A stretch of 64,000 bases of DNA from an uncultured Clostridia bacterium (GCA_934631025.1 CAKTXR010000010.1:4842-68841); one strand, 5' to 3'. Positions 26,524-35,398 are shown, counted from the first letter of the stretch. Notes: a model not told the origin generated them from the letters alone. Program-made: numbers and translations.

Positions 26524-27831
26524 TTACAGCGTGATGTAGACCATCGTCTCTCCGTCCAGCTGCAGGACGTTGTCGTGAATGAGTTCTCTCTTCTCCATGC
26601 GGCGGTGCGCCGAGGTTTCCTCGCAGACGGCCTGCGCCAGGTCGCAGCCCAGCGCCGTCAAATCGATCGAGCAGCCGCCCTTCGTATTGACGATCATGAT
26701 CCCCTTCTTCTCGCCGTTTGTCGCGGCCACGGCGTAAACGCCCGCGCGGTCGCAGTCGAGCGCGACCTGCTCGCCCAGCTGAAGGAGCCGGCCGAACATC
26801 ACGAACGCGTCGTAATCGGCGTAGGGCTGGCGCGTGATGGGGTTGAACAGGCTGCCGTATTCGGACGTGCCGATGCGCGCGTCATAGAAGCAGGCGGTGT
26901 CCACCGGCGCGTTCTGGAAGGCGCAGAGCATACCGCCCACATAGGCCGCGTGCTGCATCAGGCCAAACACGCGCGGCGAGGGGTTCCACTCGTTGAGCTG
27001 CGTCTCCACATCGGCAAAGCCATAGCTGTCGAGCGTCCTGCGGCAGTAGTCGGCGTGGATCATCGTGGTTTCGACGTCCGCGTAGCTGTGCCACGAGAAG
27101 AAATCCAGCGGCGCCTTGTGCTCCTCCGAGGAAATCCACTCGAGGAAGCCGGTGAAGAAATCGACGAAATACTGCTGGCGCGGGCTGGGCTTCTCCTCGG
27201 TGATCGCATAGAAGCCGCAGCTGGCAAAGCCGCCGATCTTGAGATGCGGGAAGCACTTTTTCAGATGGCGCGCCGTGACCTCGTAGAGGCGGTAGTAATC
27301 CTCCCTGCTGCCCTGCCACATGGCGTTTTCCCTGAGATCGAAGCTGTTGTCCGGCTCGTTCCAGATCTCCCAGAAATTGATCTTGAAATGATAGCCGTTC
27401 GCCCAGCCCTCGGTGTAGTGGCGGATGATGTGTTCGCAGATGCGCGCCCACTTCTCGTAATCCTTCGGCGGGAAGATGCGCGGGCTGGCGTAGCGGTCGA
27501 CGATGTTCTCAATGGCCACGCCCAGCCGGTAGACCGGCTCCACGCCCGCCTTGTCGAGCGCTGCAAGCAGCCAGTCGGTGTACGGGAAGAAATAGCTCGC
27601 CGGATCGTTCTCGTCCGCGTCGAAATTCGGGAATACGTTTGGAATATCGACAAAGCGGCCGCCGCCGAACGTACCGCCCACGTCGTGCAGGCGGGAATAC
27701 GGTATGTTCGCCTCGGTCAGGAAATGAAACAGATCGTCATAGGCCGCGCCCCAGATCGGCGGCTGACCCACGCCGTTGACCTTCTTGATCGGGCCGACGG
27801 GCTTATTGAAATTGACTGTCATCGTCGCCAT
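26524..27831 (-). CDS. GH39-like clan GH-A glycoside hydrolase
   Basis: FWEIWNEPD is an acid/base NEP motif and QLNEWN is a nucleophile-type motif. A GGAGGA SD precedes the start. Confidence 0.72.
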   Translation of the reverse strand: MATMTVNFNKPVGPIKKVNGVGQPPIWGAAYDDLFHFLTEANIPYSRLHDVGGTFGGGRFVDIPNVFPNFDADENDPASYFFPYTDWLLAALDKAGVEPVYRLGVAIENIVDRYASPRIFPPKDYEKWARICEHIIRHYTEGWANGYHFKINFWEIWNEPDNSFDLRENAMWQGSREDYYRLYEVTARHLKKCFPHLKIGGFASCGFYAITEEKPSPRQQYFVDFFTGFLEWISSEEHKAPLDFFSWHSYADVETTMIHADYCRRTLDSYGFADVETQLNEWNPSPRVFGLMQHAAYVGGMLCAFQNAPVDTACFYDARIGTSEYGSLFNPITRQPYADYDAFVMFGRLLQLGEQVALDCDRAGVYAVAATNGEKKGIMIVNTKGGCSIDLTALGCDLAQAVCEETSAHRRMEKRELIHDNVLQLDGETMVYITL

Positions 27832-28070
27832 GGTTTTCGTCCTCCTGCAATATGTCTGCTGATTTAAGGAATCAACGCGCTCTTAACGCGCCGCCTTCAT
27901 TATAACAGCCGCGGCGCGCAATTTCAATACGTCCATTGGATTTTATATGAACGCGCTTGATTTTCTGCTCCGTGTGAGGTATACTGGTTATGTATCTCTA
28001 TAATAAGGCTTTTTTCAGGCGCTTTCACTTGCCCGGAAGGCGCGATCCGTCAAATTGGAGGATTATTTTC

Positions 28071-29183
28071 ATGCTTTATAACACCATCAAGGGCATACTG
28101 CCCCAGTTCCGCCTTGAGGGGCGCTATGTCTCGTGCAGCGAAATCTGCTCCGGCAACATCAACACCACCTATCATCTGGTCTACGCCCTGCCGGACGGCG
28201 CGCGCCGCGAATATCTGCTCCAGCGCATCAACGGCTACGCCTTCAAGGATCCCATGGCCGTCATGCACAATATCGAGCTGGTCACCGGCCACATTCAGGC
28301 GGCCTATGAGGCCGAGGGCGTCGATTCCAGCCGCCGTATGCTGCAGGTCATCCACACGAAGGACGATTCGCCGCTCTACCGCGATCCGGAGGGGAACTGC
28401 TGGCGCGTCTACAACTACATCGACAACGCCACCGCCTACGACAAGATCGAAAAGCCCGAGCACTTCTACGAGGCCGGCCGCGCGTTCGGCGAGTTCCAGC
28501 GCCTGCTGACCGACTTCCCCGCCGCCGAGCTGAGCGAGACCATCCCCGATTTCCACAACACGCTCAAGCGCTTTTACGCCTTCGTGGCCTCCGTGGCCGC
28601 CGATAAGGCCGGCCGCGCCGCGTCCGTGGACGACGAGATCGAGTTCTTCTTCGATCATCGCCGCATGATGGGCCAGATCGTCAAAAAGCTCGAGAGCGGC
28701 GAGCTGCCCGTGCGCGTCACCCACAACGACACCAAGATCAACAACGTCATGATCGACAACGCCACCGACAAGGCCATCTGCGTGATCGATCTGGACACCG
28801 TCATGCCCGGCAGCGCGCTCTACGATTACGGCGACGCCATCCGCTCGGGCGCGTCCACCGCCGCCGAGGACGAGGAGGACTTCTCGAAGGTGTCCATCGA
28901 CGTGGGGCTGTTCGAGCAGTTCACGCGCGGCTTTTTGAGCGAAGTGCGCGGCATCCTCACCCCCGCGGAGATCGAAATGCTGCCGCTGTCGGTGAAAGTC
29001 ATCACCTGCGAGCTGGCCATGCGCTTTCTGACCGACTACATCGACGGCGATCTGTATTTCAAGGTGCGCTCCCCCGAGCACAACCTCATCCGCGCCCGCA
29101 ACCAGATGAAGCTGCTCACCGACATCGAGAATAAATACGATCAGCTCGCCGCCATCTGCCGGGACATCGCGCAGAACGGCTGA
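28071..29183 (+). CDS. nahK: N-acetylhexosamine 1-kinase-like (aminoglycoside phosphotransferase fold)
   Basis: GNINTTY...RVTHNDTKINNVMID...IDLDTVMPG matches my recollection of Bifidobacterium NahK. A GGAGGA SD precedes ATG 28071. Confidence 0.75.
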   Translation: MLYNTIKGILPQFRLEGRYVSCSEICSGNINTTYHLVYALPDGARREYLLQRINGYAFKDPMAVMHNIELVTGHIQAAYEAEGVDSSRRMLQVIHTKDDSPLYRDPEGNCWRVYNYIDNATAYDKIEKPEHFYEAGRAFGEFQRLLTDFPAAELSETIPDFHNTLKRFYAFVASVAADKAGRAASVDDEIEFFFDHRRMMGQIVKKLESGELPVRVTHNDTKINNVMIDNATDKAICVIDLDTVMPGSALYDYGDAIRSGASTAAEDEEDFSKVSIDVGLFEQFTRGFLSEVRGILTPAEIEMLPLSVKVITCELAMRFLTDYIDGDLYFKVRSPEHNLIRARNQMKLLTDIENKYDQLAAICRDIAQNG

Positions 29184-29230
29184 GCGTCCCCAGTTAAACG
29201 TTAATTTATCGAAAAACACCGTCTTACAAT

Positions 29231-29259
29231 TTGACAACGGCTTGAACAGCGTGTAAAAT
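29231..29259 (+). promoter_or_regulatory. sigma-A promoter of the glpA-like operon
   Basis: TTGACA (29231-29236), a 17-nt spacer, then TAAAAT (29254-29259). Confidence 0.6.
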
Positions 29260-29282
29260 ATCAGTTGCTGGCAGAGTATTGA

Positions 29283-29345
29283 GAGAAGCCACAGCAAATT
29301 GAGTCCATCCATGCGATTGGCTCTGGTTTGTTGTGGCTCTTTTTA
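29283..29345 (+). terminator. leader attenuator (terminator with a competing upstream pairing)
   Basis: AGAAGCCACAGCAA (29283-29296) pairs with UUGUUGUGGCUCU (29328-29340), followed by U5. An upstream UUGCUG (29265-29270) can pair with the CAGCAA of the 5' arm. Confidence 0.55.
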
Positions 29346-29362
29346 TGCAAATGAGGAGTTGA

Positions 29363-30802
29363 TTGAAAATGCCCCAATATGACGTCGCCATTATCGGCGC
29401 GGGCGTGGTGGGCTGCGCCATCGCGCGTCAGCTGTCCCGATACGACCTGCGCATCGCCCTGATCGACGCCGCCGAGGACGTGGCCATGGGCGCGTCGCGC
29501 GCCAACAGCGCCATTGTCCACGCCGGCTACGACTGCCCCAGCGGTTCGATCGAGGCGCGCATGAACGTGCGCGGCAACGCGCTGTTCACATCCTGGTGCC
29601 GCGATCTGGACGTGCCGCTTCAGCGCGTCGGCTCGCTGGTCGTCGGCTTTAACGCGGAGGAGGAAGCGTCGCTTCAGGCGCTTTACGAGCGCGGGCTCAA
29701 AAACGGCGTGCCCGGCATGAAGCTGATCTCCGGCGACGAGGCGCGCGAACTGGAGCCGTCCCTCTCGAAGGAGGCGACCATGGCGCTCTACGCGGCCACC
29801 GGCGGCATCACCTGTCCCTATCAGCTGACCATCGCCTGCGCGGAAAACGCGCGCGACAACGGCGCAAAGTGGCTGATGAACCACCCCGTGACCGCCATGC
29901 GCCGCGAGGAGAACGGAATCGTCGTCACCGCGGGCGGCGAGGAGATCGAGACGCGCTATGTGGTCAACGCCGCCGGCGTGTTCTCCGACGAGGTGAGCCG
30001 CATGCTGGGCGACGATTCGTTCAGCGTGCATCCGCGCAAGGGCGAATATATGCTCTTCGACCGCAAGAACACCTGCGTCAGAACCGTGATCTTCCAAACG
30101 CCCTCCAAGCTGGGCAAGGGCATACTGGTCTCCCCGACCGTGGACGGCAATATGTTCATCGGCCCGACCGCCGTGGACATGGACGACAAGCGCGACACCG
30201 CCGTCACCGCCGAGGGCATTGCTCAGCTGACGAAAATGTCGAAAAAGAGCGTGCCGGACGTCAATCTGCGCGCGGTCATCACGTCGTTCGCCGGCGTGCG
30301 CGCCCAGCCCTCGACCGGCGATTTCGTGATCGGCATTTCGAAGGCCGAGCCGCGTCTCATACAGGCCGCGGGCATCTGCTCGCCGGGCCTGACCTCCTCG
30401 CCCGCCATCGCCGAGGAAATCGACCGGCTGCTGCACGTCGCCGGACTGGTCATGCACGAGAAGGCCGACTACAATCCGATCCGCCATGCCATCCCCGAGT
30501 TCCGCAAGCTCGATAACGCCGAACGCGCCGCCCTCATCGCGAAGGATCCGCGCTACGGCCGCATCATCTGCCGCTGCGAGACCATCAGCGAGGGCGAAAT
30601 CGTCGAGGCCATTCGCCGCGGCGCGCGCTCTCTGGACGGCGTAAAGCGCCGCACCCGCGCCGGCATGGGGCGCTGCCAGGGCGGCTTCTGCTCGCCGCGC
30701 GTGATGGACATACTCGCCCGCGAGCTGAATATCCCCATGACCGAGCTGACGAAATTCGGCGGCAAATCGAAGCTGCTCGCCGGAAAGCTGAAGGAGGTCT
30801 GA
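29363..30802 (+). CDS. FAD-dependent oxidoreductase, anaerobic glycerol-3-phosphate dehydrogenase-like, with BFD-like [2Fe-2S] domain
   Basis: YDVAIIGAGVVGCAIA is an FAD-binding GxGxxG motif. The C-terminus reads CRCETISEGEI...RTRAGMGRCQGGFC. The start is either TTG 29363 or ATG 29369. Confidence 0.85.
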   Translation: MKMPQYDVAIIGAGVVGCAIARQLSRYDLRIALIDAAEDVAMGASRANSAIVHAGYDCPSGSIEARMNVRGNALFTSWCRDLDVPLQRVGSLVVGFNAEEEASLQALYERGLKNGVPGMKLISGDEARELEPSLSKEATMALYAATGGITCPYQLTIACAENARDNGAKWLMNHPVTAMRREENGIVVTAGGEEIETRYVVNAAGVFSDEVSRMLGDDSFSVHPRKGEYMLFDRKNTCVRTVIFQTPSKLGKGILVSPTVDGNMFIGPTAVDMDDKRDTAVTAEGIAQLTKMSKKSVPDVNLRAVITSFAGVRAQPSTGDFVIGISKAEPRLIQAAGICSPGLTSSPAIAEEIDRLLHVAGLVMHEKADYNPIRHAIPEFRKLDNAERAALIAKDPRYGRIICRCETISEGEIVEAIRRGARSLDGVKRRTRAGMGRCQGGFCSPRVMDILARELNIPMTELTKFGGKSKLLAGKLKEV

Positions 30803-30805
30803 GCC

Positions 30806-32065
30806 ATGAACAGATCGTTTGACATCGCCGTGATCGGCGGAGGCCCCGCCGGCCTGGCCGCCGCGCTCGAAGCGCACGCCGCCGCGCCGGAAAAGAGCGT
30901 CGTCATCATAGAGCGCGACAGGGAGCTGGGCGGCATACTCCAGCAGTGCATCCACAACGGCTTCGGCCTGCACTTTTTCGGCGAGGAGCTGACCGGCCCC
31001 GAGTACGCCGGCCGCTTCATCGCAAAGCTCAGGGACACCGGCATCGAGGTGCTGACCGACTCCATGGTGCTCAATCTGAGCGCCGATAAGAAAATTCTCG
31101 CCGTGAGCGCCGCCGAGGGGCTGATCGAAATTCAGGCGGGCGCGGTGATCCTCGCCATGGGCTGCCGCGAGCGCACCCGCGGGGCGCTGAACATCCCCGG
31201 CACGCGGCCGGCGGGCGTTTACACGGCGGGCTGCGCGCAGCGGCTGGTCAACATGGAGGGCTATATGCCCGGCAAACGCGCGGTCATACTGGGCAGCGGC
31301 GACATCGGCCTCATCATGGCGCGCCGGCTCACCTGGGAGGGCGCAAAGGTGGAGGCGGTCGTCGAGCTGATGCCCTATTCCTCCGGCCTGAACCGCAATA
31401 TCGTGCAGTGCCTGACCGACAACAGCATTCCGCTCTACTTCAACCACACCGTCACGCGCGTCATCGGCCGCGAGCGCGTCGAGGGCGTCGAGGTGGCCGA
31501 GGTCGATCCCGCCACGCGCCGCCCCATCCCCGGCACGGAGATCACCTACGACTGCGACACGCTGCTGCTCTCCGTCGGCCTGATCCCCGAGAACGAGCTG
31601 AGCCAGTCGGCGGGCGTTCAGATGGACCCCGTAACCAACGGCGCTGTTGTCGACGAGCACCGGCAGACCTCGATCCCCGGCGTGTTCGCCTGCGGAAACG
31701 TTTTGCACGTCCACGATCTGGTGGACAACGTATCGGCCGAAGCCATGATCGCCGGACGCGCCGCCGCCGCGTATGTGCAGGGCGCGCTGAAGCCGTCCGC
31801 GCAGTACGCCGTGCGCGGCGTAAACGGCGTGCGCTACGCCGTGCCGCAGCACATCAGCGCCGCCGCCGAGGGCAAGATCGACATTTACTTCCGCGTGGGC
31901 AGCGCCTATCGTCCGGCGACGCTCGCGGTCAAATGCGGCGATACCGTCGTCATGACGCGCAAAAAGCAGATCATGACGCCCGGCGAAATGGAAAAAATCA
32001 GCGTGGACATGTCGAAAATCACCGGCGACGTCACGCTTGAAATCGAGGAGGCGCGTCCGCAATGA
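30806..32065 (+). CDS. NAD(P)/FAD-dependent pyridine nucleotide-disulfide oxidoreductase
   Basis: FDIAVIGGGPAGLAAA and a second dinucleotide fold, AVILGSGDIGLIMA, are present. Confidence 0.85.
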   Translation: MNRSFDIAVIGGGPAGLAAALEAHAAAPEKSVVIIERDRELGGILQQCIHNGFGLHFFGEELTGPEYAGRFIAKLRDTGIEVLTDSMVLNLSADKKILAVSAAEGLIEIQAGAVILAMGCRERTRGALNIPGTRPAGVYTAGCAQRLVNMEGYMPGKRAVILGSGDIGLIMARRLTWEGAKVEAVVELMPYSSGLNRNIVQCLTDNSIPLYFNHTVTRVIGRERVEGVEVAEVDPATRRPIPGTEITYDCDTLLLSVGLIPENELSQSAGVQMDPVTNGAVVDEHRQTSIPGVFACGNVLHVHDLVDNVSAEAMIAGRAAAAYVQGALKPSAQYAVRGVNGVRYAVPQHISAAAEGKIDIYFRVGSAYRPATLAVKCGDTVVMTRKKQIMTPGEMEKISVDMSKITGDVTLEIEEARPQ

Positions 32066-32415
32066 ACAAGCGCGAAATGATCTGCATCCGCTGCCCCATG
32101 GGCTGCCATCTGTCCGTGACGCAGGATGAAAACGGCTGCACCGTGACCGGCAACACCTGCCCGCGCGGCCGCGAATACGGCGTTCAGGAAATGACCTGCC
32201 CCACCCGCGTGGTCACGTCGTCCGTGCGCGTGGAGAACGGCCGCCGCCCCGTCTGCTCGGTCAAGACGGCGACCGCCGTGCCCAAGGCCGACATTCCCGC
32301 CGTGCTGGCGGCCATCCGCACGCTCAGCATAAGCGCGCCCATCGCCATAGGCGACGTGATCTGCGCCGACATTGCGGGCACCGGCGCGGCGCTGGTGGCC
32401 ACGGCCAACGACTGA
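32062..32415 (+). CDS. DUF1667 domain-containing protein
   Basis: MICIRCPMGCHLSV...TGNTCPRG is a typical DUF1667 N-terminus. It overlaps the upstream gene by 4 nt. Confidence 0.85.
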   Translation: MNKREMICIRCPMGCHLSVTQDENGCTVTGNTCPRGREYGVQEMTCPTRVVTSSVRVENGRRPVCSVKTATAVPKADIPAVLAAIRTLSISAPIAIGDVICADIAGTGAALVATAND

Positions 32416-32543
32416 CACGCGTCTAAAACAGTGAAAAAGCCTATACGCGCGTTTTTTCCAAATCTTAATGGCTTTGCGCGCGGCAACGGCGAAAAAAACG
32501 CCGTATAGAGAGCTTCTGAAACGCACGTCAAAAGAACCGTCAA

Positions 32544-32576
32544 AACGGAGAGAGCCTTATCGCCCTCTCCGTTTTT
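32544..32576 (+). terminator. intrinsic terminator
   Basis: AACGGAGAG...CUCUCCGUU is followed by UUUUAG. Confidence 0.7.
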
Positions 32577-32681
32577 AGTGGTTGTAATATGCTTCAGGCG
32601 CTGAACCGCCGCGCGAGCGCGCCCGCACAGTCGGCCGGACGGCGCAGCAGGCTGGACAGCGTCTCCGTAAAATACGAAAGA

Positions 32682-32704
32682 GGAGAAAGCGCGCGGCTTT
32701 CTCC
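32682..32704 (-). terminator. intrinsic terminator of the TIM-barrel gene
   Basis: On the minus strand, GGAGAAAGC-CGCGC-GCUUUCUCC is followed by UCUUUCGUAUUUU. Confidence 0.65.
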
Positions 32705-32721
32705 CCTTCTCGCATATCGGA

Positions 32722-33564
32722 TTACAGGATGTTCAGACCCGTGATGGTGTCGATGCTCTTCTTCGCGTCGTCCAGCGGATTGGCGTCATACCACTGATCC
32801 TGCTCGACGATGAACCAGCCCGCGCCCGCTTCCAGGCCGGCCTTCAGCACGGAGGCCACATCCTGGCAGCCATAGCCGACGGGGCGGAAACGGAACTCGA
32901 TATCGCCGGTATCGGCGGCGGTGCCGTCGTCCTTGCCGCTGCCGTCCTTGCTGATCAGCGCATAGGGCTGCTTGCCGCCCTTGCGGCCCACATAGTCCTT
33001 CAGGTGGACGATGGGCGCGCGGCCGGCATACTTGCGGATGTAGGCGGTGGGATCCTCGCCGGCATACTTCACCCAGCAAACGTCCAGCTCAGTCTTGAGC
33101 AGGCACTCGGGCACCGCGTCATACAGGAAGTCCAGGCCGTATTCGCCGCTCAGCTTCACGAACTCGAAATCATGGTTGTGATAGAGCAGCTGGATGCCGG
33201 CTTCCCTGCACAGGCGGCCGAAGGTGTAGATATTCTTGATCGTGGCGGCGAAGCCCTCGCTGCCGGGGCGATGCGCCTCGTCCAGGAACGGCACGGCCAG
33301 ATACTCGCAGCCGATCGTCTTGTAGAAGGCGATCGTCGAGAACATATCCTCGATCGTCTCGGGAATCGCCTGATGGCCGGAAATGGCCTTGAGGCCGGTC
33401 TCGTCCAGCATGGCCTTGACTTCTTCAGCGGTATGGCCATAGAAGCCGGCGAACTCAACGCCGTCATAGCCCATCGCCGCGAGCTTCTTCAAAACGCCCT
33501 TGAGATCCGCGGCCGCTTCTTCGCGGGCGGAATACATCTGATAACCAATCATAGCCTTTTTCAT
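32722..33564 (-). CDS. sugar phosphate isomerase/epimerase (xylose-isomerase-like TIM barrel)
   Basis: GYDGVEF...LLYHNHDFEF...IVHLKD...IVEQD pattern. Confidence 0.85.
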   Translation of the reverse strand: MKKAMIGYQMYSAREEAAADLKGVLKKLAAMGYDGVEFAGFYGHTAEEVKAMLDETGLKAISGHQAIPETIEDMFSTIAFYKTIGCEYLAVPFLDEAHRPGSEGFAATIKNIYTFGRLCREAGIQLLYHNHDFEFVKLSGEYGLDFLYDAVPECLLKTELDVCWVKYAGEDPTAYIRKYAGRAPIVHLKDYVGRKGGKQPYALISKDGSGKDDGTAADTGDIEFRFRPVGYGCQDVASVLKAGLEAGAGWFIVEQDQWYDANPLDDAKKSIDTITGLNIL

Positions 33565-33597
33565 GGTGACTCATCCTCCTTTTCGGTTGACGCTTCT

Positions 33598-33626
33598 ATT
33601 ATAGCACGTATTTTCCTGCGTTTCAA
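33598..33626 (-). promoter_or_regulatory. consensus-like sigma-A promoter
   Basis: On the minus strand, TTGAAA (33626-33621), a 17-nt spacer, then TATAAT (33603-33598). Confidence 0.6.
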
Positions 33627-33714
33627 TAAAAAAACAGTGCCAAATCGCCGCGTCATTTTTGCACCTGTCTGGGACGATTTTACCATTTATGCCAACCAAT
33701 CGTTCTTTTAACAA

Positions 33715-33734
33715 ACACTTAAAGGCAAAAGTGT
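33715..33734 (+). promoter_or_regulatory. inverted repeat ACACTT-N8-AAGTGT, candidate operator of the S24 repressor gene
   Basis: A perfect 6-bp-arm palindrome lies about 22 nt upstream of TATAAT (33756-33761). Confidence 0.35.
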
Positions 33735-33810
33735 GTTTTGTCCGGAAAATCATGCTATAATCATCATAGAACACGAGTGCGAAAAGATGCTGTTCGGGAG
33801 GATGAAAATC

Positions 33811-34452
33811 ATGAGGAGCGAAACCATTGGCGAGCGCATCCACAAGCGTCGGCTCGAGCTGGGGCTGAGCGTCGACGATCTGGCCGCCGCGCTGGGCAAA
33901 AACAGAGCCACCGTCTACCGCTATGAAAACAGCTCGATCAGCAATCTGCCTTCGGGCGTGCTGGAGCCGCTTGCGCGCGTCCTGAAAACCACGCCCGAAG
34001 CGCTCATGGGCTGGAACGACGAAACGGTCAGCGCGCTCAAGCCGCTGGACATCATCCCCGTGCGCGCCTTTCACCCCATCCCGATCATCGGCTGCGTACG
34101 CGCGGGCTGGAATGGTCTGGCGCTCGAAGAGCATCTGGGCGTGGACTATGCCGACGTGGGCACGCCGGACGACTATTTCTATCTGCGCGTCAAGGGCGAC
34201 AGCATGGCCCCCGCCATCAACGACGGCGATCTGGCGCTGGTTCACTTCCAGCCGACCGCCGAGAGCGGCGACATCGTCGTAGCCGTGATCGACGACGACT
34301 GCGGCACGATCAAGAAATACATTCGCCGCGGCGGCACCGTCATTCTCCAGCCCTTCAACCCCGCCTACGAGGCGCTGATTTTCGCCGGAAGCGATCTCGA
34401 ACGGCTCATCATCGCGGGCAAGGTCGTCGAAACCAAAAAGAAATGGGCATAA
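33811..34452 (+). CDS. XRE-family HTH plus S24 (LexA/CI-like) peptidase repressor
   Basis: The N-terminal HTH reads IGERIHKRRLELGLSVDDLAAALGKNRATVYRYE. The C-terminus has GDSMAP (Ser nucleophile) and a downstream IKKY Lys. GGGAGG lies 9 nt before ATG 33811. Confidence 0.85.
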   Translation: MRSETIGERIHKRRLELGLSVDDLAAALGKNRATVYRYENSSISNLPSGVLEPLARVLKTTPEALMGWNDETVSALKPLDIIPVRAFHPIPIIGCVRAGWNGLALEEHLGVDYADVGTPDDYFYLRVKGDSMAPAINDGDLALVHFQPTAESGDIVVAVIDDDCGTIKKYIRRGGTVILQPFNPAYEALIFAGSDLERLIIAGKVVETKKKWA

Positions 34453-34562
34453 CGCAAGCGCCGTTCGCACAGGGCTGCGGGCGGCGCTGATTTTGTGCTT
34501 CTCCTCGTCCGAGATAACGTGCTCCGGACGGCCGCGGCCCGTCATGCTGCGCCGCCGTCGCG

Positions 34563-34733
34563 CTATTTGTCCCTTTTTCTCGAAATGCAGGACAGGAGAA
34601 ACGCAATGACAGTAAGCGTCACGCCCGCATACAGCAGCGTCTGACTGGCTTCGCTGCGGCCAGCGCAGACAGCCGCAATTCCCACGATGAACAGAAATAT
34701 CCTGACCAGCGGCACAATAATCCTTTTCACCAC
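34563..34733 (-). CDS. candidate 56-aa two-TM membrane protein (not in the ORF track)
   Basis: A GTG start lies 7 nt after GGGGAGAG and 20 nt downstream of the XRE gene stop. It encodes VVKRIIVPLVRIFLFIVGIAAVCAGRSEASQTLLYAGVTLTVIAFLLSCISRKRDK. Confidence 0.4.
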   Translation of the reverse strand: MVKRIIVPLVRIFLFIVGIAAVCAGRSEASQTLLYAGVTLTVIAFLLSCISRKRDK

Positions 34734-34752
34734 AATTTATCTCTCCCCTGCA

Positions 34753-35217
34753 TCATTTTCCTCGAGCGCCTTTGGCGATGACCCAGACGCCCGCCAGCAT
34801 TTCAGCGACAGACAGCCCCAGCAGAACGCCTGCGAAAAAGTCCTGAACGTCCGAACCGCCCAGCGTGTGCGACAGCGCCTGCAAGGCAATCCCCATGACG
34901 ATGAGGATAACGCCGCTCATCATGACTTTCTGCTTTTCCAGCTCCTGCGTTCTCCTCAGCAGATCGAGGATCTGTTCATCGTCATACGCGCGAACGCTTT
35001 TATCGCCGGCTTCTTCGCCGTCCATCAGCTCGGAAACAGTGACCTTCAATTCCTCGCACAGGCTCCTGACCACGGCATAGTCGGGCATACACTTCCCTGT
35101 TTCCCACTTGGAAACGGTTTTGTTTGAAATCCCCAGCCGTTCGGCCAGCTGCTCCTGAGTCAAATTCTGTTCCTTGCGCTTTTTTGCAATGAACTTCCCT
35201 ATGGCGATTTGATCCAT
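34753..35217 (-). CDS. membrane-anchored XRE family transcriptional regulator
   Basis: The N-terminal HTH is LTQEQLAERLGISNKTVSKWETG. The C-terminal hydrophobic helices are VMMSGVILIVMGIALQAL and FFAGVLLGLSVAEMLAGVWVIA. Confidence 0.8.
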   Translation of the reverse strand: MDQIAIGKFIAKKRKEQNLTQEQLAERLGISNKTVSKWETGKCMPDYAVVRSLCEELKVTVSELMDGEEAGDKSVRAYDDEQILDLLRRTQELEKQKVMMSGVILIVMGIALQALSHTLGGSDVQDFFAGVLLGLSVAEMLAGVWVIAKGARGK

Positions 35218-35354
35218 TTTTGAAACCTCCTTTGTCTCTTCGGGACAAGAATAGCATTTTTCACTGGCAAAATCACACCCCTCGCAAAGCGAATATGGGG
35301 GGAATGGCCTCTATTTTGCATTTTCAGGCGTTTGTCAACCGATTTTTTCTGCAA

Positions 35355-35393
35355 AAAGCGCCCGAGGGAAGCCGTTCTCCCCTCGGGCGCTTT
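35355..35393 (-). terminator. intrinsic terminator after barstar
   Basis: On the minus strand, AAAGCGCCCGAGGG...CCCUCGGGCGCUUU forms a 14-bp stem followed by UUGC. Confidence 0.8.
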
Positions 35394-35398
35394 ACTTT

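Noticed and set aside
29261-32062. A 933-aa minus-strand ORF. Similar giant ORFs occur at 25132..27867 (+), 40149..42956 (+), 60734..63325 (+), 13586..15742 (+), 45530..47470 (+), 16877..18265 (-), 12249..13682 (+), 23863..25053 (+) and 18770..20407 (+).
   Set aside because: In every case the opposite strand encodes a protein with unmistakable family motifs (FAD GxGxxG, GH NEP motif, topA, clpP/tig, glyA, hcp and so on). The giant ORFs translate to Arg/Ala/Gly/His-rich low-complexity strings with no motifs. These are classic antisense shadow ORFs of GC-rich, GC3-biased DNA.
33771-33784. A Firmicute SOS box (CGAAC-N4-GTTCG) upstream of the S24 repressor gene: GAACACGAGTGC.
   Set aside because: The right half-site has two mismatches. 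The protein has an XRE HTH rather than a LexA winged helix, so a LexA-type box is not expected.
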